This document shows positions 10,076 to 18,246 of a stretch of DNA of 64,000 bases, in pieces. Position numbers and translations under genes: made by a program. Origin of the DNA: an uncultured virus (IMG/VR IMGVR_UViG_3300010391_001807) (taxonomy: Duplodnaviria > Heunggongvirae > Uroviricota > Caudoviricetes); the IMG/VR virus record IMGVR_UViG_3300010391_001807; one strand, written 5' to 3'. Position 1 is the stretch's first letter, and each line of letters begins with the position of its first letter. Under the pieces are notes generated by a model that was not told where the DNA came from, did no database searches, and saw nothing but the letters and a program-made list of their open reading frames with translations.

Positions 10076-10146
10076 ATTATACTTGATTATTCGGTGTTGG
10101 ACAAGCCTAAACCTGCAAGCAGGTAATCACCTATGCTTCTAATAAT
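10076..10146. promoter_or_regulatory. Divergent promoter region: sigma70-type promoter for cca plus back-to-back AGG-N19-(G/T)AAT motifs
   Basis: Minus strand TTGTCC-N17-TATAAT. Palindrome ACCTGC-AA-GCAGGT at 10111-10124, with GAAT (minus, 10089-10092) and TAAT (plus, 10143-10146) each exactly 19 nt after AGG. Confidence 0.7.
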
Positions 10147-10165
10147 AAATTAATGGTGATGAAAA

Positions 10166-11137
10166 ATGCTTAGTGGAAGTCCAGGGCACCAACGAGTTGT
10201 GGGCATCAATGGTTATCCATTATATTTGGAAAGTCCAATGAGTATTTTTCCACAACAAAAACTTTTGCCCAGAAATTTTATCCAGGGCGGGGCCAGGACC
10301 CAAGTTTATGAAATGAGAGGGAAAATAATCAAGGGAAACATACAACTTCCATTAACCATAGATGCTAATGGGAACATCGATCCTGCCGTACAAGCAGTCC
10401 TAAATGCAGCAGATTATCCTTTGGCTGATTTTACTATTGATACTAACTATATATTATCCCAGTCCTATATTACAGCGGACCCAATGAATCTATATAATAG
10501 TCCTTCTGGGACCATTAATAAAGGTTTTGACATCTATAATAGAATGAAATTTGAGAGTTGCGCCATCACAAATTTAACCATTAAACTACAAGAAGAGGGC
10601 AACGTGACATTAAATGCAGAAGTTATTGGTACAGTGAGTCGGACGGAGGCTGCCATTGTTCCTATGCCCGCAGCAGCTACTTTAATGAGAAGAAACATTT
10701 CTTATGCTGATTGTGCGGTTTATTTGACAACTCCTCCACATGAATGGGATACCAGCCGTAGTTTCCAAATTAACATCAAAAATAACATAGAGGCAATTTA
10801 TGCTTTCCATGTTGTAGAAGCAGATAAAACAACTTGGACTGATTTGCCCACGATTTTAGCCATGGGAGAGACAACAATCACTGGAGAAATAACATATGCC
10901 TTGGATAGAGGAACTGCCGCCAGTGAAAAAGCGACCTTGCCCACAGGGAGTTTCATTGGAGATAACTTGGTTTTTGACCTATCTGGGACATTATTCATCA
11001 CCATGCCCAAGTGCATTGCAGAACTAACAGAACAGCCCATCGAAATGGGGTTATTACAAAGAACGACCAAATTTTTGACATTATTCAACTCAACAAGATT
11101 AGATGCTAATGAAGGTCATTTTATAACTTTTAGATAA
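10166..11137 (+). CDS. Putative tail tube-like protein, paralog 1
   Basis: About 320 aa, beta-rich. Pattern '...ITNLTIKL..EG.V.L.AEVIG...SFQINIKNNIE..Y....P..L.MG...ITGEI' resembles two-domain phage tube proteins. Confidence 0.6.
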   Translation: MLSGSPGHQRVVGINGYPLYLESPMSIFPQQKLLPRNFIQGGARTQVYEMRGKIIKGNIQLPLTIDANGNIDPAVQAVLNAADYPLADFTIDTNYILSQSYITADPMNLYNSPSGTINKGFDIYNRMKFESCAITNLTIKLQEEGNVTLNAEVIGTVSRTEAAIVPMPAAATLMRRNISYADCAVYLTTPPHEWDTSRSFQINIKNNIEAIYAFHVVEADKTTWTDLPTILAMGETTITGEITYALDRGTAASEKATLPTGSFIGDNLVFDLSGTLFITMPKCIAELTEQPIEMGLLQRTTKFLTLFNSTRLDANEGHFITFR

Positions 11138-11171
11138 ATGTATTAAGAATAAACCAGAGAGGTGTTTGCTT

Positions 11172-12131
11172 ATGCCTATTGACAATAGAGTTTTTGGAAT
11201 TTGGCGTGTCTTCAGATATGGTGGCACTCCTTTCATTGTCGAAAATTATACCGAAAATGTAACTCAAGATATCCAGGTCCAAAAATATATCATGGGGACT
11301 GCGTTCCCTCGTGTTTTGAATATTTCTGGGGCTGTTGCCCAGTTGGAGATAACTTCTCCATTACTAGTTTGGGACAATAGTTATCGCACAACTTCTAATC
11401 AAATTCACGATGGCCTAGATCTCATTCAAACCTTCGGATCAGCCGCTGTATTAAACGGGAACTACACCGCCGACCCATTCTTCATCTTCCAAAAGATGAA
11501 ATTCACGGTCAGTGCAGATAAAGGAGCAACTTATAATATCACGGCCCTTGGTGACTATAACGCCATCAAGAGCGAAAACCCTGCTTCACTATATGATTTC
11601 GGTTTGTCGCTGCGTGGAGAAGTCTTGACACCGGCATCTTATCCATTGCCTGCTGGTTATGTATATCGCGTAGCATCGTTCTATGATTTGATTCCTTCTA
11701 TTGGAGGTGTTGTTTTTGGCCCTGCGACTGGCATCTATCTACAAGATTTGACCATCGAAATTGATTATCAAACTGAAAACTTCACATATGTTGGCCAAGA
11801 AGATCAGCGTAAAATCATTGGTATTGCTGGTTATGAAATCATCGTCTCTGGGACATTAATTTCAGACACTAGAAGCCCATTGGCTTACAGCACTGACCCA
11901 ACGAAATTGATCATGCCTTTACAGGCCCCTGCTGGTTTAACAAGAGGTGGTCGAGCCTTCCCAACAAACGGGACATTTGATGTCACCCTCAGAAATAGTG
12001 CTTTGAGCATCATTCCTACCAACAACCTTTCTGCTCAAAGATTCGTCTTCGAAAGTTCTTCTTTGCAGACATCAAGTGGTTTGTTAACGACTAAATTCTC
12101 AGGCAAGCTTTGGGCTCAAACGAACGTATAA
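11172..12131 (+). CDS. Putative tail tube-like protein, paralog 2
   Basis: Shares spaced motifs with paralog 1 (KYIMG..PRV, RVASFYD, DLTIEIDYQ, IIVSGTL). Confidence 0.55.
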   Translation: MPIDNRVFGIWRVFRYGGTPFIVENYTENVTQDIQVQKYIMGTAFPRVLNISGAVAQLEITSPLLVWDNSYRTTSNQIHDGLDLIQTFGSAAVLNGNYTADPFFIFQKMKFTVSADKGATYNITALGDYNAIKSENPASLYDFGLSLRGEVLTPASYPLPAGYVYRVASFYDLIPSIGGVVFGPATGIYLQDLTIEIDYQTENFTYVGQEDQRKIIGIAGYEIIVSGTLISDTRSPLAYSTDPTKLIMPLQAPAGLTRGGRAFPTNGTFDVTLRNSALSIIPTNNLSAQRFVFESSSLQTSSGLLTTKFSGKLWAQTNV

Positions 12132-12143
12132 AAATGAGATAAA

Positions 12144-13235
12144 ATGCCTATTGCACATCGTTTCCTATCAACTTATAAAACATTAAAAGTATCGAGCCCA
12201 GTGTTTACGTCTAATCCACCAACACTGGGTTCTTTATCAACGATCCTATATAAAAGGTATTCTTCAACCCTACAAACTCCAACTAAAACAAGACCAATGG
12301 TGCAAGACTGGCCATTGAGTAAATTTTTGGACATCCAGCCAGCCTCCTATGTCACAAATATCGAACTACCTGTCTTAATTGATAAAAATGGTCTCAGAAT
12401 GGACGAGATCCTTTTCTTTGAAGGCTGGCTAGATTATATGACCAGCACCTGTGATACCATAATGGGGGCTAACATATCATTGCCTTCATTGGTAGTAGAA
12501 AGTGCCACCATTAATGTTAGTGAAGAAATCACTCTATCATTATCATTTAGAAGCAACTTCAAAATAGGATGGGGGCCAGTAGATACAGATGCTACATTCT
12601 TCCCCGAGGCTCACACTCGGATTGGGAAGTATTATGACACTTTTATCCAGCTTGTCAATTATACTGGCGGCGTACTTTCAAAAATAGGATGGGAAAATAC
12701 TTTTGGAATATCAAATTTTTCCATCAATTACAAAACAGAAATAGAGGAGCTATGTCTTTCTCAACATGACTTCAATGTTTCAAGAGATTTTCCTTATGGA
12801 CTAGGAGGAATTACAATTTATTATCCGCACATAGTAGATATGATCAATTCTAAATTTGTAACTTATGAAGGTGAATTGGGAATATTTGGGGCTAATGCAG
12901 AGTCTGGTGGAGTATCAATACAAAGGAATCAAATTTTGTCTGGTTTTAATCCTAAATTTATCATGAATCCTGTTACACCAGAAATATTCAGTAGTTCTGT
13001 TGCCCAAGGTGGAATCCAAATTTATGTAGGTGAAGTTGATGTCCAAGGAGTAAATTATAATAGCCCTTATGCTTTAACAATGCTACCGACTGGCATTGTA
13101 ATTACAGAAGCAACCGCAGAATTAGCAGGAAGACAAGTTTATAAACATACTCGTAAATTTCAAGGAGTATTTACTAATAGCCCCAGAAAACTTAAGGCTG
13201 GAGTACCATATCCAGTCACACCATCATTAAGTTAA
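12144..13235 (+). CDS. Putative tail tube-like protein, paralog 3
   Basis: Shared motifs (IELPVLI, VVESATINVSE, RIGKYYD, SNFSINYK, YEGEL). Confidence 0.5.
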   Translation: MPIAHRFLSTYKTLKVSSPVFTSNPPTLGSLSTILYKRYSSTLQTPTKTRPMVQDWPLSKFLDIQPASYVTNIELPVLIDKNGLRMDEILFFEGWLDYMTSTCDTIMGANISLPSLVVESATINVSEEITLSLSFRSNFKIGWGPVDTDATFFPEAHTRIGKYYDTFIQLVNYTGGVLSKIGWENTFGISNFSINYKTEIEELCLSQHDFNVSRDFPYGLGGITIYYPHIVDMINSKFVTYEGELGIFGANAESGGVSIQRNQILSGFNPKFIMNPVTPEIFSSSVAQGGIQIYVGEVDVQGVNYNSPYALTMLPTGIVITEATAELAGRQVYKHTRKFQGVFTNSPRKLKAGVPYPVTPSLS

Positions 13236-13247
13236 AAGGTCCAAATC

Positions 13248-14402
13248 ATGCCTATCATCAACGCCGTCATGACAAACTGGTTAAAGGGGAAAGTGGCCAG
13301 TCCTTACTTTAATGTAGGGGCTGGGCAACCTGCCATCACGGTACCATTTGCTTCATTTTCATCCAAGCAAATTTCTGATAGATCCATAGACACCTCCGTA
13401 GTTTCGGGGAAGGCATATGAAAGAGTTTGGAACGTAGGGCATACCTATTGGCAGATTGATTTTTCAATCCCCATCATAGTCAGCGACCAGTATCCCACTT
13501 GGCCTCATGCGGCCCTATTCACAGGCTATCTTAGTGCAGCCCTACAGGCTCTGAATTACGATTATGAACCATACCCTGGCATGGGAGATGTTTTTCTCGC
13601 CAATACTTTGCAAAACAAATGGGATTTTAATAAAACTGGAGATTTGTTGAGTAATGGAGATTTCATGATCCAAAAATTCAGTATTGACATTACTGAAGAT
13701 AATTCCTTATTTTCGGCAACCATCATCGCTACAACTGACCCAAGACATGAATTTAATGTCGAACAAACCAATCCTGCTTATGGGGCCTTGCCCGACTGGC
13801 TGGTTTATAGATTGGCCAAGCCCTATGATTTTGTTTTCCCTGACAATAGCATTGGATCGCCTTTGGGATATTCACAACTATATTATAACCATGACCTGAC
13901 CAAAATGCCAAACAACACATCATACACAAGTTTATTGAGAGAATTCCACTACACCGTGCAGGCCAACATTGTCAAAATCCCAAGCATTGGGGTCCCCACC
14001 TCCAGACCTTTCTTGGGAGTGGATAGCATTGGTTCAACTGGCAGCATCAAATACGTTCCTCTTTATCGAGAAAATTTTGATATTCAATTCCAACAAACAG
14101 GAGCAAACTTTGCACCAGCCGGATGGACGGTGGATTATCAAGCAATGGATTACATTATTAGCACAGCAAATCGTTATGGGGGGAAATTATATGTGGCTGG
14201 CAAAGACTTGTCTAGTTATCTATATGTGGGATTAAATCTTAGACAGGATATCTTCCCAGTAACACCTGTCATCAATGGGATAGCAGGGAATACTCCCATT
14301 GGACCAGTAAGCACAAGTAATTGGGGGCTGGAAGTAGTGCCTAATACTCAAACCGCTGTCTCTGTGGAATTTGTGACTTCCCCTGGCCTAACTGCCTTCT
14401 AA
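13248..14402 (+). CDS. Putative tail tube-like protein, paralog 4
   Basis: Shared motifs (FSIPIIV, IQKFSIDITE, RLAKPYD, EFHYTVQANI, GSTGSI). Confidence 0.5.
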   Translation: MPIINAVMTNWLKGKVASPYFNVGAGQPAITVPFASFSSKQISDRSIDTSVVSGKAYERVWNVGHTYWQIDFSIPIIVSDQYPTWPHAALFTGYLSAALQALNYDYEPYPGMGDVFLANTLQNKWDFNKTGDLLSNGDFMIQKFSIDITEDNSLFSATIIATTDPRHEFNVEQTNPAYGALPDWLVYRLAKPYDFVFPDNSIGSPLGYSQLYYNHDLTKMPNNTSYTSLLREFHYTVQANIVKIPSIGVPTSRPFLGVDSIGSTGSIKYVPLYRENFDIQFQQTGANFAPAGWTVDYQAMDYIISTANRYGGKLYVAGKDLSSYLYVGLNLRQDIFPVTPVINGIAGNTPIGPVSTSNWGLEVVPNTQTAVSVEFVTSPGLTAF

Positions 14403-14905
14403 TCTAAATCAACTTCAATTTCATTGTCTTCTTCCTCAGCCTTGAGTAATGTTTTCAAAGCATAAATCGGAATATTACACATTCTTGAAAGAGCTATAGC
14501 ATCTCCACCAGAAACATTCAAAAAATAGGTTTTATCATCTTTTTTGATTTCTATTTTAGCTCCAGATAGACTATCATTGACCACATCAATAATGATGCCA
14601 CTAATGTTCATATCAGATATCTGAGCCATTTGGGCCAACAAATGGTAAGGCGTGGCAAAAATGGTGCTCTTCCCCATCCCTGATAAAGCCAACAAGATAT
14701 TAGTGGTTTCATTAAAATTAGTCATTATGTTAATGACATTCTCTTTATCTTCCTTATCCTGTAAAGTAACAATCCATTCATCTAGACTGGAATCATTGAT
14801 ATCTTTGATTTTCAATTCTACCCATTTGAAATCCTCAATGTCAATCAAATCTTTGTTTTTAACAGAGAAATTTTTATTTATTTTTACAAAATATTTATTT
14901 TCCAT
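14399..14905 (-). CDS. Bifunctional nuclease family (DUF151) protein, divergent
   Basis: TPYHLL and VSGGDAIALSRMCNIPIY match the family's 'P.THDL' and 'RPSDAIALA...PI' motifs. Confidence 0.75.
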   Translation of the reverse strand: MENKYFVKINKNFSVKNKDLIDIEDFKWVELKIKDINDSSLDEWIVTLQDKEDKENVINIMTNFNETTNILLALSGMGKSTIFATPYHLLAQMAQISDMNISGIIIDVVNDSLSGAKIEIKKDDKTYFLNVSGGDAIALSRMCNIPIYALKTLLKAEEEDNEIEVDLD

Positions 14906-15512
14906 ATAGTATTCCTTTTAAGAAAGTTTTACGGTGTAGCCCTTCGATTATACCGTTTTCATTGATGGCCTCATAGTGGATCTTAGTTCCATAGCCTTTG
15001 TGCTGGGCAAACTTATAGGCGGGATAAACCTTGTCTAAGGCAATTAAAAGACGATCCCGATAGACCTTAGCTAGAATGGAAGCGGCGGCAATGGATAGGC
15101 TTTTATTATCCCCCTGTTGTATCCATGCCACATTTGGGGCCTTCCACAAAGGATTCCCATCTGCGATGAATAAAATTTTATTATAAGTTAATAAATCCTG
15201 GACTTCCTTCTGAGAGTTTTGCATGACCTGTCGGTTGCAATATTGGATGCCTTTAGTATCAACGGTGTCAGCATCTAATAACTGGATGGAATAAGCAACA
15301 CTATTGTTTATGATTTGGTCATATAACTCTTCTCTGGCTTTCTCAGAGAGCTTCTTGCTGTCTTTGATATTTAACTCAGCGGCTGTTGGTTTCAGAACAA
15401 CCGTAGCCGAACAAATACTACCAGCTAAACAGCCTCTTGCAGATTCGTCACAACCAGCAATATAGTCATAATCACTCAATAGGGACAAATCAAACTCATA
15501 AAGGGGGTTCAT
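14895..15512 (-). CDS. rnhB: Ribonuclease HII
   Basis: AGCDESARGCLAG, KDSKKLS, ADGN, GDNKSLSIAAASILAKVYRD, HKGYGT, HRKTF. Confidence 0.95.
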   Translation of the reverse strand: MNPLYEFDLSLLSDYDYIAGCDESARGCLAGSICSATVVLKPTAAELNIKDSKKLSEKAREELYDQIINNSVAYSIQLLDADTVDTKGIQYCNRQVMQNSQKEVQDLLTYNKILFIADGNPLWKAPNVAWIQQGDNKSLSIAAASILAKVYRDRLLIALDKVYPAYKFAQHKGYGTKIHYEAINENGIIEGLHRKTFLKGILYGK

Positions 15513-15523
15513 TCATAACCTTT

Positions 15524-15718
15524 CTAAATCTCAAATACTTGGTCATCCTGCTTACATTTGGGGCATATGGTGTCCTGACTATCTAAAATGGTGAAGTCGG
15601 CCAGCGTCCCTCGGAAACCACAAACTTGACACTCAACCCAATCGCCCTCGGGGATCTCAGACTCTGGCTTGGTCTCTTCTTCCTTATTATAAATCAATTT
15701 CTTGAGAAAATCAACCAT
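15524..15718 (-). CDS. Small zinc-ribbon protein
   Basis: CQVC...CPKC; GGGTGA SD. Confidence 0.65.
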   Translation of the reverse strand: MVDFLKKLIYNKEEETKPESEIPEGDWVECQVCGFRGTLADFTILDSQDTICPKCKQDDQVFEI

Positions 15719-15733
15719 TTTATATCACCCCGT

Positions 15734-17119
15734 TTAGAATTTAGGAGCCTTTTCTTTAACTACCCTAGACCATATATCCAGATTGGGGCCATATTCTCCT
15801 TTCCCCTGCCCTCCCATAAAATTTTTCATAAGACTTTGATAATATCCAGCAACTGGATTAACATTTCCTCCAATCCCTTTGGTATTGATAAAGTCAGCAC
15901 CTGGGACTGCTCTTTGCATATAAGCTTCAGGCGTCGAACTCTTCCCTTGGGCATGAGCAACTTCGTGCTGCATGATTTCCTGTGGGGTTATGCCCCACGA
16001 TCTATGAGCCGCAGATGGCTGTTTGCTGGCAAATTGCAAATCAAGGGGGCCTGAAGCAGCCAGGGCCTGCCCCATGTAAGATGGATCTTGGACGCCCATT
16101 TGATATAACTGTTGCATAATCCCTAGAGCTTGATAAACTGCCTGTGGATCAGCACCTAAGTGCTGATGGGCTGCGACCCATTGCTCATAAGGTGGTAGTT
16201 GGTTTGCCAGTTCCCCGATCAAGGAAACAGCGACATCTTTGGAGGTCTGGTCTAAGCCAGGGGTGTTTAACTGCAATTGAGTGTGAAAACCACCAAGATC
16301 TCCAGCTAAGTTTCCGCCTCCTGCCGATCCCCAACCTTGTTCCAAAACATTCTGAGGGACATACATGTTGAGCATATTAGCAGCAGTTTTCTCTAACCTA
16401 TCTGCTAATTTAGGGTTTTCTTTATCAATAGCATTGGCATTTTTTATCATATTAATGCTATTAGAAACTCTACTCTGACCAATAAGCTTTCCATTATTAT
16501 ATCCAACATACCATGGATTATATTGTTCATCAAAAGTATTTTTAAATATTCCGCCTATAATTGGATCGGTCCCATCGTAAAAACCTCCATCTTTCATAAG
16601 ATTATAAAATTTTCCGGATTCTTCATTCTGTTGCCGTTTAGTTCGTGATAAATAAGATGCCGGGGCAATAAACCCTTCTATTTGGTCCCACATTGATGGT
16701 CCCGAAGGTCCGCCAGGATGATAAGTAAATGGGTCTCTCATGATTTGAGATGCTCTCTCCCTATTCATCTGCCAGCGAGTTAGGGGGTCCGCAGTTTGAT
16801 ATTTTGTACGAGCGGCATCCATCCGCTGCCATAGAAGCCGCCCTTCCTGTTGTGCTTTTGCCGTTTGCTCTTGACTAACTTGTTTATATCTTGCTGCTTT
16901 TTCAGGATCACATCGAGGACAAAACGGCCCCATCGCCTCGGCTGGCCCATCTATCATATCGGTTGCATTATCTAATGGACCACCACATTTTTTGCAAGTT
17001 GTGGGACCAAAATATGCTAATTTCACAAAATATGCAGTTTTCTCTAATTTGTCTGCTAATTTGGGGTCTTTTTGGTCTATTTTATTGGCCAATTTAATAA
17101 GCCTATTAATAATATGCAT
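15734..17119 (-). CDS. Putative virion/internal protein with a repeated 'AN.ID...PKLAD.LEKTA' motif, a Zn finger and a HExxH motif
   Basis: Motif occurs twice; CKKC...CPRC; HEVAH. Start moved to ATG 17119 (GGTGA SD; promoter motif at 17141-17166). Confidence 0.55.
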   Translation of the reverse strand: MHIINRLIKLANKIDQKDPKLADKLEKTAYFVKLAYFGPTTCKKCGGPLDNATDMIDGPAEAMGPFCPRCDPEKAARYKQVSQEQTAKAQQEGRLLWQRMDAARTKYQTADPLTRWQMNRERASQIMRDPFTYHPGGPSGPSMWDQIEGFIAPASYLSRTKRQQNEESGKFYNLMKDGGFYDGTDPIIGGIFKNTFDEQYNPWYVGYNNGKLIGQSRVSNSINMIKNANAIDKENPKLADRLEKTAANMLNMYVPQNVLEQGWGSAGGGNLAGDLGGFHTQLQLNTPGLDQTSKDVAVSLIGELANQLPPYEQWVAAHQHLGADPQAVYQALGIMQQLYQMGVQDPSYMGQALAASGPLDLQFASKQPSAAHRSWGITPQEIMQHEVAHAQGKSSTPEAYMQRAVPGADFINTKGIGGNVNPVAGYYQSLMKNFMGGQGKGEYGPNLDIWSRVVKEKAPKF

Positions 17120-17203
17120 AAAAGTCATCACCAGTATATAATTCTTCGATGATGGCTTTTTATCCTTCTTCAGTGTCAACTATTAATTAATTATAAAACT
17201 AAT

Positions 17204-17569
17204 TCAGCCATCGGCTTTCAACCACTTTAGCCAGTTGAACAATGTCGTAATTGAGATGTCATTGTCCGACCCATATTCGTCCCCTTCGCTGTGATAGATG
17301 TAACCGAACCCAGTCGCTTCGGCAGGAATCGCCAGTCTGAGAAGCCTCCTGGGGTGGCGGAAATGGATACGCACTCCACCGTCGCCCAGAGTCGTAGCGA
17401 TGGTAGAAGGCATATCGTCTTCCAGAAGGCGTTCGGCTTCGAGAAGCAGATTCTCTGCAACCTGGACGGCATATGGAGTGGGTTCGAGGAAGTCGTTATC
17501 ATAGTCATCCTTTTCCAAGAGCAGGGACCGTAGAGGATGCAAGACTTGCTGTAGGCCGTCATCTAACAT
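17204..17569 (-). CDS. Hypothetical protein, GC-rich, probably acquired recently
   Basis: Two sampled 60-nt lines have 34/60 and 38/60 G+C, against very AT-rich flanks; own GGTGA SD. Confidence 0.7.
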   Translation of the reverse strand: MLDDGLQQVLHPLRSLLLEKDDYDNDFLEPTPYAVQVAENLLLEAERLLEDDMPSTIATTLGDGGVRIHFRHPRRLLRLAIPAEATGFGYIYHSEGDEYGSDNDISITTLFNWLKWLKADG

Positions 17570-17615
17570 TTTATTATCACCATTGCACTAATATTGCAAA
17601 TATATTTATCAACTA

Positions 17616-18242
17616 TTAATAAATTATAAAACTATCCGTTACGACAGCGTAATACAAATTAAGACCAGCATCACTTGTAAAATTAATGGCCTCATCATCA
17701 ACATCATAACCAGATTCTCTGTCCAAACAGAAGGTGATGAAAGGAGCCTGCTCACTATCTATTTTACTACCAAATAATGGCATCACAGGACTATCTATGG
17801 AATACAACATGGTCTTAATGGTGACCGTCCCTTCGGGTTGTTCTAGAATGTTTAAACATACACCATTACTATCAATCTTTCTATCTTGAACAAATTTCTC
17901 CCTCATTACCTTGACTACTTTTTCCATTTTTTGAGCGGCTATCCGCCGTCTTTCTTTAACTTCATCAGTATATTTAAAATACAAAACTAGAGCCATGCCT
18001 TCTGATTCGGATTCACATTCACTAGATGGCTTGATTTGTTCATCAGCATCTAAAGACCAGTTATACATGGAATGAGTAAGTAATACCCCATCCATTTCTA
18101 ATTCATCAAGGACATTTTTCAAATTATTAACAATACCTCCGGCCAAGAACACGCTTTTCACATCACAATCTTCCATAATATTATCTTGAAATTCATTACT
18201 AATCACACTACCATTTCTAACGGTTACTCTCATAATCGTCAT
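17616..18242 (-). CDS. Hypothetical protein
   Basis: 208-aa ORF 4 nt downstream of dnaK with an AAGGA SD. Confidence 0.7.
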   Translation of the reverse strand: MTIMRVTVRNGSVISNEFQDNIMEDCDVKSVFLAGGIVNNLKNVLDELEMDGVLLTHSMYNWSLDADEQIKPSSECESESEGMALVLYFKYTDEVKERRRIAAQKMEKVVKVMREKFVQDRKIDSNGVCLNILEQPEGTVTIKTMLYSIDSPVMPLFGSKIDSEQAPFITFCLDRESGYDVDDEAINFTSDAGLNLYYAVVTDSFIIY

Positions 18243-18246
18243 CCTT

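Noticed and set aside
10166..14402. Extracellular contractile injection system or tailocin locus
   Set aside because: No recognisable sheath, VgrG/PAAR or AAA ATPase genes are adjacent, and the context is phage-like.
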